Shown here one piece after another: positions 36,873 to 46,175 of a DNA stretch of 64,000 bases. The position numbers and the translations under genes are program-made. Each line of letters opens with the position of its first letter. The stretch's first letter is position 1. The notes beneath the pieces were generated by a model, which was given only the letters and a program-made list of their open reading frames with translations, did no database searches and was not told the DNA's origin. The DNA is from an uncultured Chloroflexia bacterium (GTDB taxonomy: Bacteria > Chloroflexota > Dehalococcoidia > UBA2979), in the NCBI GenBank assembly GCA_963728205.1, contig CAVSIV010000001.1:576001-640000 (forward strand), written 5' to 3'.

Positions 36873-38888
36873 CTATGCCCGCCGCGTTGCCCCGCCGGGG
36901 AGCTCCACCGGCGCCTCGACCGGCGCGCGCGCCGCCTGCCTGCCCGGCGCGAGCGCGAGCAGCGCGCCGAGCACGTAGATCGCCCCGCCGATCCACAGGA
37001 AGTCGATCAGCGGGTTCACGAACGCCTGGAACGTCGCGGTGAGCTGCGGATCCCACCCCTGCATGAAGACGTAGAGGTCGCCGGTCCACGTGTGGCGGAT
37101 CGCGACGATGCCCGTCGGCTGGTCCGGGAAGTTCGTGAAGGTGCGGCGGCCGGGCTCGATGGTGCCGATCGTGTGCCCGCCCTGCGCCACGTCGATCTGC
37201 GCGCGCACCTCGTTGTCGATGCCGTTCACGCCCGGCTGCGTCTGGTAGAGGCGCTCGTAGGTCAGCGTGTACGACCCCGCCTGGAACGTCTCGCCCGGCT
37301 TGATCGAGGCGCGCGACTGCTGCTGGTAGATGTTCGAGCCGACCACCGCGATCGCCATCACCGCGATGCCGATGTGCACGAGGTAGCCGCCGTAGCGCCG
37401 CTGGTCGCGATCGAAGAGGTGAAGGAACGCGCCGGCCCACGAGCGCCCGGTGGCGCGGTGCACGCCGCGCGCGCCCAGCGCGTACTCGCGCAGCGTCACC
37501 GCGAACACGGCGATCGCGCCGCCGACCGCGGCGAGCGCGAAGGGGTCGCGCATGCCGAGCGCGAAGAGTGCGACGAGCGACACGACCGTGACGGCGGCGG
37601 GCATGCGCAGCCGCCGAGCAAGCGTCCCCGACGCCGCCTGGCGCCACGGCAGCAGCACGCCGATCGCCGTCAGCGCGAGCATCACGATCAGCAGCGGGCC
37701 GATCACCTCGTTGAAGAACGGCGGCCCCACGGTGATGCGCGTGCCCTTGATCAGCTCGGAGAAGACCGGGAAGAGGGTGCCGCCGAGCAGCACGAGCGCG
37801 ATCGCGATCAGCAGGTAGCTGTTCAGCAGCAGTCCCGTCTCGCGCGAGGCCAGCGAGTCGATCTCGCCGTCGGCGCGCAGCGTCGGCAGCCGCCAGGCGA
37901 GGAGCACGAGCGACGCGATGACCACGCCGCCGAGCAGCACGAGGAAGTACGGGCCGACCGCGGACTGCGCGAACGAGTGCACTGAGGTGACGAGCCCGCT
38001 GCGCACGTTGAACGTGCCGAAGACCGCGAGCGAGAACGCCGCGAGCACGAGCACCAGGTTCCACAGCTTCAGCATGCCCCGGCGCTCCTGCACCATCATC
38101 GTGTGCAGGAAGGCGATCATGGGGAGCAACGGCAGCAACGCGGAGTTCTCGACCGGATCCCAGCCCCAGTAGCCGCCCCAGCCGAGGACCGTGTACGCCC
38201 ACCAGCCGCCGAGCATGTTTCCGATGCTGAGGATCAGGAACGCGAGCAGCGCCCAGTTCCGCACGTGCCGGATCCACGCGCCGTCCACCTTGCCCGAGAG
38301 CAGCGCCGTCGCGCCGAGCGTGAAGGGCACCGACGTGCTCACGAGGCCCGTGAGCAGGAACGGCGGGTGGATGAGCATTCCCGGGTCGACGAGCAGCGGG
38401 TTGAGGCCGACGCCGTCGACGGGCGTGATCGGGCTGACTTTGAACGGCGAGGCCATGAACACCAGCGCGAACAGGAACGCCGCGAGCAGCGTGCCGGCCG
38501 TCGCCACTGCGTGCGCCGCGCCCCACGGAATCCGCGGCACCGTGAAGTGCGCGAACCCGGCCATGAACAGCGACATCATCCAAGTCCAGAAGAGAAGCGA
38601 CCCGGGTTGACCGCTGTACAACGAGGCCCATTTGAACTGCGGCTGCATCTCGCGCGACGACACCGCGGCGACGTGCGCGATCGAGAAGTCGTTGCTGAGC
38701 AGCGCGATGCCCATGATCACGACGGCGCAGGTCATCAGCGCACCGGTCGCGACGATCGCGCGGCGACCCGCGAGCACGGCGCGGCCGTTGCGCCGGCGCA
38801 GCCCGGTGATGGCGGCACCGACCGCGAAGAGCGTGGTGGCGAACGCCGTCAGGAGCACGGCGGCGCCGAGCGTGGCCAGGACGTTCAC
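36873..38888 (-). CDS. ccmF: Heme lyase CcmF
   Basis: GSLLFW, GLNPLL, IHPP, WAY..LGWGGYWGWDPVEN, RSG..SVHSFA. Confidence 0.96.
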   Translation of the reverse strand: MNVLATLGAAVLLTAFATTLFAVGAAITGLRRRNGRAVLAGRRAIVATGALMTCAVVIMGIALLSNDFSIAHVAAVSSREMQPQFKWASLYSGQPGSLLFWTWMMSLFMAGFAHFTVPRIPWGAAHAVATAGTLLAAFLFALVFMASPFKVSPITPVDGVGLNPLLVDPGMLIHPPFLLTGLVSTSVPFTLGATALLSGKVDGAWIRHVRNWALLAFLILSIGNMLGGWWAYTVLGWGGYWGWDPVENSALLPLLPMIAFLHTMMVQERRGMLKLWNLVLVLAAFSLAVFGTFNVRSGLVTSVHSFAQSAVGPYFLVLLGGVVIASLVLLAWRLPTLRADGEIDSLASRETGLLLNSYLLIAIALVLLGGTLFPVFSELIKGTRITVGPPFFNEVIGPLLIVMLALTAIGVLLPWRQAASGTLARRLRMPAAVTVVSLVALFALGMRDPFALAAVGGAIAVFAVTLREYALGARGVHRATGRSWAGAFLHLFDRDQRRYGGYLVHIGIAVMAIAVVGSNIYQQQSRASIKPGETFQAGSYTLTYERLYQTQPGVNGIDNEVRAQIDVAQGGHTIGTIEPGRRTFTNFPDQPTGIVAIRHTWTGDLYVFMQGWDPQLTATFQAFVNPLIDFLWIGGAIYVLGALLALAPGRQAARAPVEAPVELPGGATRRA

Positions 38889-38907
38889 GACGTCACCCTA
38901 TCCGGAC

Positions 38908-39360
38908 TCAGTTCGTGGCGGGTGCGGAGTGCAGCGTGGGCGGTGCCTGGGTCGGCGTCGGTGACGCCGCGTAGAACGCGTTCTCGTGCTTGATCACGAC
39001 CTGCGACGCGTCGAGCGTGCCTGCCCCGGCTGAGGTCCCGTCGACCACGACGAACGCCCCCGGCCCAAACAGGTCGGGTGTCGACCCGGTGAAGTTGATG
39101 GTCATGCGCTCGCCGTGATCGCCGGCGATGTCGAAGCGGACGGGGTGGCCGTCGTGCTGGACGATCGAGCCGTCGACCACGCGCCCGCCGACGCGCCAGG
39201 TCTTGCCGCTCGTGTCGAGCTGTTGCGCGAACTCCTCGGGCGTCTGGTAGTAGGAGAGCGACGAACCCGCGGCCCGCACCGCCAGGATGCCGATGGCGGC
39301 CGTCGCGACCGCCAGCAGGATCACGAGGCGCGCGCGGCGACTGGCGAGCAGTCCGCTCAC
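38908..39360 (-). CDS. ccmE: Heme chaperone CcmE
   Basis: YY.TP.E, RVGG.V..GS, PDLF, VVVDG, heme-binding KHEN. Confidence 0.9.
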   Translation of the reverse strand: MSGLLASRRARLVILLAVATAAIGILAVRAAGSSLSYYQTPEEFAQQLDTSGKTWRVGGRVVDGSIVQHDGHPVRFDIAGDHGERMTINFTGSTPDLFGPGAFVVVDGTSAGAGTLDASQVVIKHENAFYAASPTPTQAPPTLHSAPATN

Positions 39361-39908
39361 GATGCGGCCTCGAGCTTCGCGAGCATCGCGCGGAAGTCCT
39401 TCTCGTCGAGCGCGCCGTTGTACTTCTGGCTGACCTGGAGGCCGGGCTTGAGGAAGAACGCCTCCGGGAGGCCAGAGACACCGTAGTCCACGTATACGTT
39501 GCCCTCCACCTCGTGGAGGATCGGGAACGTCAGGTGGTGATCACTGACGAACGCCTTCGCGTCCGACTCCGTGTCCCAGATGTTCACCCCGATGAACGTG
39601 TAGCCCCGCTGCCGGTACTCCGGCCACAGTTGCTCGATCAGCGGTGCCTCCTGCTGGCAGGGTTGGCACCACGACGCCCAGAAGTAGATGAAGACCGGTC
39701 CGCTCGCGTGGTCCGCCAGCGTGAGAGTCGATTGCCCGTCGAGCGAGGGGAGCGTGAAGTCGGGTGCGACCGTGAACGGGGCAGACGCCTGACCGACCTG
39801 CGACTGGCCGACGCCCCGCTTCATGGCGATGCCGAACACCGCGACGAGAACCAGCGCGCCGGCCCCCACCGCGACGACGACCAGGCGGGTCGCTTGCGCT
39901 CGCGACAT
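39357..39908 (-). CDS. ccmG: Membrane-anchored thiol-disulfide oxidoreductase (CcmG/TlpA)
   Basis: APDFTL, FWASWCQPC, YGVSGLPE; first gene of the ccm operon. Confidence 0.85.
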   Translation of the reverse strand: MSRAQATRLVVVAVGAGALVLVAVFGIAMKRGVGQSQVGQASAPFTVAPDFTLPSLDGQSTLTLADHASGPVFIYFWASWCQPCQQEAPLIEQLWPEYRQRGYTFIGVNIWDTESDAKAFVSDHHLTFPILHEVEGNVYVDYGVSGLPEAFFLKPGLQVSQKYNGALDEKDFRAMLAKLEAAS

Positions 39909-40190
39909 ATCGAGAATCGAGGCTACGCCCGACCCACCGCTGATTCAACGCGCCCCGAAACGAGGCGGCCGGGAATCGCCGCGAGCCTCGGGGAGGTCGA
40001 GCGCGGACCGTCTGAGCGGTCAGTGCGATGGCCGTCGGGGGCAATATCTGCTCAGGCGCCTTCTCAATCCGGCTTGACCGTGGCAGGGGCGGATGCTACT
40101 TCACTAGGGCCGAACGCGAGTCCCGCCCGGTCCATGCCGGGCGTTCGCGTGTTTGTATCGACGCAGGCCGAGATCTGGGCGCAGGCCGAA

Positions 40191-40273
40191 GCCGCGCCGG
40201 GGGTACCCGGCACAGTTATTGCCCGCGCCGAGTATCCCGGCGCAGGCAGGCCGCGCCGGGTATCCCGGCATAG
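40191..40273. repeat. Three imperfect palindromic repeats upstream of ctaC
   Basis: CCGCGCCGGGGGTACCCGGC, CCGCGCCGAGTATCCCGGC, CCGCGCCGGGTATCCCGGC at about 30-bp period. Confidence 0.75.
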
Positions 40274-40311
40274 AGGCATCGACGCACGAGCCCAGTCCTG
40301 GGAGGTCGCTT

Positions 40312-41322
40312 TTGCGCTGGTCCCGCTTCACTGCGCGGCGGCTGGTTCCGGTGGCAGTGCTGCTGCTGGTCGCGCTGCTCGTCGTCGCATGCTCCGCGCC
40401 GCAGTCCACCATCAACCCGAAGTCGAACCACGCTCAGAGCATCCAGGACCTCTACCGGCTCGTGTTCTGGATCGGCGCGCTGATCTTCGTCCTCGTGTCG
40501 GCGCTCGCCGTCATTTTCTCGGTCGCCTTCCGCGAGCGGCCGGGCCGCGAGGCGCGCCAGATCCACGGCAACACCCGCCTCGAGATCCTGTGGACGTTCG
40601 TCCCCGTCGTGATCCTGATCGCGATTGCCGTGCCGACGTTCAAGACGATCGTGGACATCAACGGCACGCCGCCGGCGAACTCGCTCAAGGTGACGGCGAC
40701 CGGCCACCAGTGGTGGTTCGAGTTCGCCTACCCCGACCAGGGCTTCGAGACGGCGAACGAGTTGCACCTGGTCGTGAACAAGCCCGTGGACATCAGCATC
40801 CTGTCCGTCGACGTCATCCACTCGCTGTGGATGCCGCAGCTGATGGGCAAGGTCGACATGGTCCCCGGCCACGAGAACCACATGTCGTTCACTCCGAACG
40901 AGATCGGCGAGTACCGCGGCCAGTGCGCCGAGTTCTGCGGGCCGTCGCACGCGAACATGCGGTTCCGCGTCTTCGTGCAGTCGCAGCAGGACTTCGATGC
41001 CTGGGCGGCCACGCAGAAGCAGGACGCGGCGGCGCCGACCTCCGACCTCGCCAAGGCCGGCGAGCAGGTGTTCACCAGCGGCGCGTGCATCGGCTGCCAC
41101 ACGATTCGCGGCACCGTCGCGCAGGCGAAGGTGGGTCCGGACCTGACGCACGTGGGCAGCCGGACCACGATCGCCGGCGGCACGCTCGACAACACGCCGG
41201 ACAACCTCGCGAAGTGGCTTCACAACCCGCCCGGGATCAAGCCGGGCTCGATCATGCCGAACCTGAACCTGACCACGGACCAGATCCAGAAGCTGGTCGC
41301 GTACCTCGAGAGCCTCAAGTAG
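40312..41322 (+). CDS. ctaC: Cytochrome c oxidase subunit II with fused cytochrome c (caa3 type)
   Basis: TTG start after GGGAGG; lipobox VVAC; HQWWF; DVIH; CuA site CAEFCGPSHANM; heme c site CIGCH...MP. Confidence 0.95.
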   Translation: MRWSRFTARRLVPVAVLLLVALLVVACSAPQSTINPKSNHAQSIQDLYRLVFWIGALIFVLVSALAVIFSVAFRERPGREARQIHGNTRLEILWTFVPVVILIAIAVPTFKTIVDINGTPPANSLKVTATGHQWWFEFAYPDQGFETANELHLVVNKPVDISILSVDVIHSLWMPQLMGKVDMVPGHENHMSFTPNEIGEYRGQCAEFCGPSHANMRFRVFVQSQQDFDAWAATQKQDAAAPTSDLAKAGEQVFTSGACIGCHTIRGTVAQAKVGPDLTHVGSRTTIAGGTLDNTPDNLAKWLHNPPGIKPGSIMPNLNLTTDQIQKLVAYLESLK

Positions 41323-41343
41323 GCAGGCTGGGAAGGTCCTGAG

Positions 41344-43161
41344 ATGGCTACTGCTGCCGGCACGATGCCCGCCGTCAGTCCCCACACGGGACTGTGGTCA
41401 TGGCTCACCACGGTCGACCACAAGCGCATCGGGACTCTCTACGGGGTCACCGCCACCATCTTCTTCATGGTGGGCGGCCTCGAGGCCGTGCTCGTGCGCA
41501 CCCAGCTCGCCGTGCCCAACGGGCACGTGATCGACGCCGAACGCTACGACCAGCTCTTCACGATGCACGCGCTCACGATGATCTTCCTGGCCATCATGCC
41601 GCTGGGAGCGGCGTTCTTTAACTGGCTCATCCCGCTGATGATCGGCGCGCGCGACGTTGCGTTCCCGCGCCTGAACGCGCTCTCGTACTGGATCTTCCTC
41701 GGCGGCGGCATCGTCCTGTACAGCAGCTTCGTGCTGGGCGGCGCCCCGGACTCCGGCTGGTTCGCCTACGCCCCGCTGTCCGACCGCGCCGTCGTCGCGA
41801 ACATGTTCAGTGGCGGCAGCGGCATGAACTTCTACGCCGTCGGGCTGCTGATCCTCGGAATCTCATCGCTGATCGCGGCGCTGAACTTCGCGGTGACCAT
41901 CATCAACATGCGCGCGCCCGGGATGACGATGATGCGTCTCCCGGTCTTCGTCTGGATGACGCTCGTCGTCGCGTTCCTGCTCATCCTGTCGCTGCCGGTC
42001 CTCACCGTCGGCCTGCTGGAGCTGCTGTTCGACCGCGAGTTCGGGACGAACTTCTTCATCACCGCCAACGGCGGTGATCCGATCCTGTGGCAGCACCTGT
42101 TCTGGATCTTCGGTCACCCCGAGGTGTACGTGCTGATCCTGCCGTCGTTCGGCATCATCAGCGAGGTGCTCCCGGTGATGTCGAAGAAGCCGCTCTTCGG
42201 CTACGCCGCCGTGGTCTTCGCCGGTGTCTCGATCGCCGTGCTGGGCTTCGCGGTGTGGAGCCACCACATGTTCACGACCGGGCTGGGCACCGTGCCCCAG
42301 ATCGTCTTCTCCGCGAGCACGATGGCCATCGCGGTGCCGACCGGCGTGAAGATCTTCAACTGGCTGGGCACGCTGTACGGCGGGAACATCCGCTTCACCA
42401 CGGCGACCTACTTCGCGATCTCGCTGATCGTGCTGTTCACCATCGGCGGCATCAGCGGCGTCATGCACGCCACGGTGCCCGTCGACATGCAGCAGCAGGA
42501 CACCTACTTCGTCGTCGCCCACCTGCACTACGTGCTCTTCGGCGGCTCGATCATGGGCATCTTCTCGGGCATCTACTACTGGTTCCCGAAGTTCACTGGC
42601 CGCTTCCTCAGCGAGTCGCTTGGCAAGGTGCACTTCTGGCTGTTCTTCATCGGCATGAACCTGACGTTCTTCCCGATGCACTTCCTCGGCATCGCGGGAA
42701 TGCCCCGTCGCATCTACACCTACGACGCCCACCTCGGGTGGGGCCTGTGGAACATGGTCGCGACGATCGGGGCCTACACGATCGCGACGGGCATGCTGGT
42801 CTTTGTCATCAACTTCTTCCGCAGCCTGAGCCAGCCGGCGACGGCCCCGGACAACCCGTGGGACGGCGCGACGCTCGAGTGGGCGACCAGCTCGCCGCCG
42901 CCGGAGCACGACTTCGACGTCATCCCGGACGTCCACGACCGGGATCCGCTCTGGTACAACCGCGACCACAACATCGCGGCCACCGAGCCCCCGGCGCACC
43001 TGCACATCCACATGCCGCCGCCGTCGTACTACCCGATGGTGCTGGCGCTCGGCGTCGTCCTCGTCGGGGTCGGCGTGCTGTCGAGCCTGGCGGTCACCGC
43101 CCTTGGAGTGGTCATCGCGTTCTACGCCACATGGGCGTGGATCCTCGAGCCGACGGAGTAG
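41344..43161 (+). CDS. ctaD: Cytochrome c oxidase subunit I (A1 type)
   Basis: DHKRIG, FGHPEVY, WSHHMF, AHLHYV, MPRR. Confidence 0.97.
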   Translation: MATAAGTMPAVSPHTGLWSWLTTVDHKRIGTLYGVTATIFFMVGGLEAVLVRTQLAVPNGHVIDAERYDQLFTMHALTMIFLAIMPLGAAFFNWLIPLMIGARDVAFPRLNALSYWIFLGGGIVLYSSFVLGGAPDSGWFAYAPLSDRAVVANMFSGGSGMNFYAVGLLILGISSLIAALNFAVTIINMRAPGMTMMRLPVFVWMTLVVAFLLILSLPVLTVGLLELLFDREFGTNFFITANGGDPILWQHLFWIFGHPEVYVLILPSFGIISEVLPVMSKKPLFGYAAVVFAGVSIAVLGFAVWSHHMFTTGLGTVPQIVFSASTMAIAVPTGVKIFNWLGTLYGGNIRFTTATYFAISLIVLFTIGGISGVMHATVPVDMQQQDTYFVVAHLHYVLFGGSIMGIFSGIYYWFPKFTGRFLSESLGKVHFWLFFIGMNLTFFPMHFLGIAGMPRRIYTYDAHLGWGLWNMVATIGAYTIATGMLVFVINFFRSLSQPATAPDNPWDGATLEWATSSPPPEHDFDVIPDVHDRDPLWYNRDHNIAATEPPAHLHIHMPPPSYYPMVLALGVVLVGVGVLSSLAVTALGVVIAFYATWAWILEPTE

Positions 43162-43171
43162 GAGAGCATCG

Positions 43172-43774
43172 ATGGCGGTAGCCGCGACTGAGCACGGGCC
43201 CGTTCATCACACGACGACGGGCATCGACAACCGGAAGCTCCTCATGTGGATCTTCCTGGCGTCCGAGTGCCTGTTCTTCGGTGCCCTGATCTCGGCGTAC
43301 CTGATCTTCAAGGGGAAGTCACTCGTCGGCCCGTACCCGGGCGACATCGTGAACATCCCGGTGACGTCGGCGAGCACGTTCGTCCTGCTGATGAGCAGCC
43401 TCGCGATGGTGCTCGCCGTCTACGGCGCCGAGCACGGCCGCCCGCGCATGATGAAGCTCTGGCTGCTCGTCACGATCCTGCTGGGCCTGACGTTCCTCGG
43501 CTTCCAGGCCTACGAGTTCCGCTCGTTCGGCTCCGAGGGGCTGAACCTCACGACCAACCAGTTCGGTGCCACGTTCTTCATGCTCACGGGCTTCCACGGG
43601 ACGCACGTGGCCGTCGGCGTGCTGGCGCTCACGTCGCTCCTGGTGGCTTCCTTCCGGCGGAGCGGGCTGGGGCCCGAGGCCGGGTTCAACGTCGAGGTCG
43701 TCGGCCTCTACTGGCACTTCGTCGACATCGTCTGGATCATCATCTTCACGGTCATCTACCTGATGCCTCATTAG
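43172..43774 (+). CDS. ctaE: Cytochrome c oxidase subunit III
   Basis: MWIFLASE, LTGFHG.HV, YWHFVD.VW. Confidence 0.95.
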   Translation: MAVAATEHGPVHHTTTGIDNRKLLMWIFLASECLFFGALISAYLIFKGKSLVGPYPGDIVNIPVTSASTFVLLMSSLAMVLAVYGAEHGRPRMMKLWLLVTILLGLTFLGFQAYEFRSFGSEGLNLTTNQFGATFFMLTGFHGTHVAVGVLALTSLLVASFRRSGLGPEAGFNVEVVGLYWHFVDIVWIIIFTVIYLMPH

Positions 43775-43804
43775 GCGGCGCGGCGGATCGGAGCGGAACG
43801 CCCC

Positions 43805-44551
43805 ATGACCAGCGAAATGACCCACGGCGAGGCGGAGCTGCCGCCCGTTCAGCATCCGCTGCCGCGGATCGGTCCGCGCCAGTACGTCATCATTGGCGTG
43901 ATTCTGACCATCGTGACCAGCATCGAGCTGTGGGTCTCGTACTCACCGCTCGGCGGCCTCAAGATTCCGATCCTGATCCTGCTGTCGGCATTCAAGTTTG
44001 CGGTCGTCGTCGCCTTCTTCATGCACCTGCGCTTCGACGCCCCCGCGCTGACGCGGTTCTTCGTCTTCGGCCTGGCGCTCGCCGGCGTGCTGCTCCTGGC
44101 GCTGATCTCCATCTTCTGGAACGACACGACGGAGCACCGCCCGGCTCCGCAGCCGTACGTGAAGTCCGAGGCGGCCGCACCGGCGGCGTCCGGCGGCGGC
44201 GCGGCCGCCACCGCGGCCACGACCGTCACGGTCACGGAGCGGGAGTTCGCGATCAGCCTCGGTTCCGACAGCGCGCCGGCCGGCACGGTCACGTTCGACA
44301 TCTCGAACGCCGGCTCCGTCGCGCACAACGTCTACGTCATCAAGACCGACCTCGCGCCGGACGCGCTCCCGACAGCCGGCGGCCAGATCGACCAGAGCAA
44401 GGTCGACGTCGTCGCGCATACGGATGGTGACATCGCGGCGGGGCAGTCGGCAAAGGTGAGCGCCAAGCTCGCCGCAGGTTCCTACGTGCTCGTGTGCGAC
44501 GTGCCGGGCCACTACCAGCTCGGGATGCACGTCGCCTTCACCGTGAAGTAG
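43805..44551 (+). CDS. ctaF: Cytochrome c oxidase subunit IV fused to C-terminal cupredoxin
   Basis: Y..IG..L..VT.IE...K...VV.FFMHL (subunit IV), linker, then AHN...GSYVLVCDVPGHYQLGM type 1 Cu site. Confidence 0.88.
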   Translation: MTSEMTHGEAELPPVQHPLPRIGPRQYVIIGVILTIVTSIELWVSYSPLGGLKIPILILLSAFKFAVVVAFFMHLRFDAPALTRFFVFGLALAGVLLLALISIFWNDTTEHRPAPQPYVKSEAAAPAASGGGAAATAATTVTVTEREFAISLGSDSAPAGTVTFDISNAGSVAHNVYVIKTDLAPDALPTAGGQIDQSKVDVVAHTDGDIAAGQSAKVSAKLAAGSYVLVCDVPGHYQLGMHVAFTVK

Positions 44552-44575
44552 CGCCCGCGACCCCGGCCAGGAAGG

Positions 44576-44608
44576 ACGAAAGCCGCCGGCGCAGCCGGCG
44601 GCTTTCGT
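44576..44608. terminator. Probable bidirectional intrinsic terminator
   Basis: ACGAAAGCCGCCGGC-GCA-GCCGGCGGCTTTCGT, a perfect 15-bp stem between convergent ctaF and ctaG. Confidence 0.8.
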
Positions 44609-44733
44609 GTGTCAGCCACGCAGGCCTGCGCCGCCGGCTGCGGCGAGGTTCTGGTCGCGGGCGGACCGGAAAGAATCGGGCCAAGCGACGGGCGCGCCGG
44701 ACGCGGGACCGCGCGATCACCGCGGCCGGGCGG

Positions 44734-45675
44734 CTAGGCCTCGACGGCGCTCCGCGCCTCCGCGCGGCGGCGATCCTCGGCCGCCTCCTGCGCGCGCTGC
44801 GCCTGCTCGGACTTGTGCGCCCAGACGGCGAACGTAACGCCCATCGCCGCGAGATACATCATCCCGCCCGGCACCCACATGATGAGTCCACCCAGCTGCT
44901 GATCGTCCAGCGGCGTGAGCGCGATCGGGCCGATCTCTCGCGCGTATGCGTGGTAGAGCGGGTGGCTGGCCAGGGTCAGCATCGCGCCGAGGAACTGCTG
45001 GGGAACGTTGCCCGCGAAGATGTACAGCACGCGCGGGATGTAGCTCAGCCGCGAGCGCAGCGGCTTCGGGTCGATGACGTTCCACCAGAACAGCCACGCC
45101 ACGCCGGCCATGCTCAGGTGTTCGATATCGTGCAGCACCGGGTGCGTCAGGGCCGCGTCGTACCACCCGGGGGCGAGGTGCCACAGCCAGAGCGTCGCGG
45201 TCATCGCGAAGATGGCCACGGCCGGGTGCGTGACCGTGCGGTAGGCCGCGCGCACGGAGCGCCGGCGCGCCAGCCGCCGGATCACGCCGAGCCGCAGCCA
45301 CCGCGGCATTCCGCGGAGCGACGGCGTCGTCGGCGCACCGAGGAGCAGCGCGGGGACCGCGAGCATCATCAGGATCTCGTGCTGGAGCATGTGAAACGCG
45401 AAGTAATCCTCGGACAGCGAGTCGATCGGCGACTCGAGGGCCAGGATCAGCAGCACGACGCCGAGGAAGAAGAACGCCGTCTGCCACCACGGGTGCTCGC
45501 GGCTGCGCGTCGTCCATCGTCGCAGCCCGCGCACGTAGAACCAGACTGCGAACCCGAGCGGCACGAGGAACTGCGGGTCGAAGCTCCAGCGCGCCCACAT
45601 CGGCGCGTTGGGGTCCACGACGTCGTGGCCCGTCGCGAACGGAAGCAGCAGGTCAGGCGACGGCAGGATGGCCAT
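44734..45675 (-). CDS. ctaG: caa3-type oxidase assembly factor CtaG
   Basis: SPID, F..HMLQH, W.WH...YD, H..EH, DQQLGGLIMW. Confidence 0.9.
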   Translation of the reverse strand: MAILPSPDLLLPFATGHDVVDPNAPMWARWSFDPQFLVPLGFAVWFYVRGLRRWTTRSREHPWWQTAFFFLGVVLLILALESPIDSLSEDYFAFHMLQHEILMMLAVPALLLGAPTTPSLRGMPRWLRLGVIRRLARRRSVRAAYRTVTHPAVAIFAMTATLWLWHLAPGWYDAALTHPVLHDIEHLSMAGVAWLFWWNVIDPKPLRSRLSYIPRVLYIFAGNVPQQFLGAMLTLASHPLYHAYAREIGPIALTPLDDQQLGGLIMWVPGGMMYLAAMGVTFAVWAHKSEQAQRAQEAAEDRRRAEARSAVEA

Positions 45676-45770
45676 GCCGGATCCTTCTCGGGCAGCGGTG
45701 TTCGCGGCGCTCCGTAAAGTGTCTCCCAGATCGGGCTCGGCCGCACGCGCGGCGCGAGGCGCCGCGGGCG

Positions 45771-46175
45771 CTATGCCGGCGCGGCCGGCTCGTCACCGGA
45801 GGCGCTGGGCGGGGGCTCGGCGCCGGCGTCCGGCACGGCCCCCGAGAGGCGCGTCGCGACGGCCGCGCTGAGCGTGTCGACGGCCGTGAGCTGGATCCAC
45901 GTCTCGAACGCCTCGCGGATCGCGGAGTATGCCGCTTCGATCTCCGCCTCGAGCCGCGGGCTCGTCGACGTCGCCTGGCGTGCCCCGGCGATGCGCTCGA
46001 GCAGGGCCTCGAGCCGCGGCGTGAGGTCGTCGTGGAGCTCGTGGAACTCCTCGTCCTCCTCGGCGTGCCCGCGGTCGCGCATGATCTGCAGCGCGCCCAT
46101 CACCCAGGCGATCGTGCCCAGCAGGGTGCCGGTCTCCTCGCGCGTCAGCGCCAGCGGGATGCGGTCGTCGCTCAT
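45771..46175 (-). CDS. Hypothetical acidic alpha-helical protein
   Basis: ATG overlaps the ROK stop (ATGA); host-like codon usage. Confidence 0.6.
   Translation of the reverse strand: MSDDRIPLALTREETGTLLGTIAWVMGALQIMRDRGHAEEDEEFHELHDDLTPRLEALLERIAGARQATSTSPRLEAEIEAAYSAIREAFETWIQLTAVDTLSAAVATRLSGAVPDAGAEPPPSASGDEPAAPA

Noticed and set aside
40191-40273. Mini CRISPR array
   Set aside because: Spacers are only a few bases, the repeats are degenerate, and there are no cas genes.
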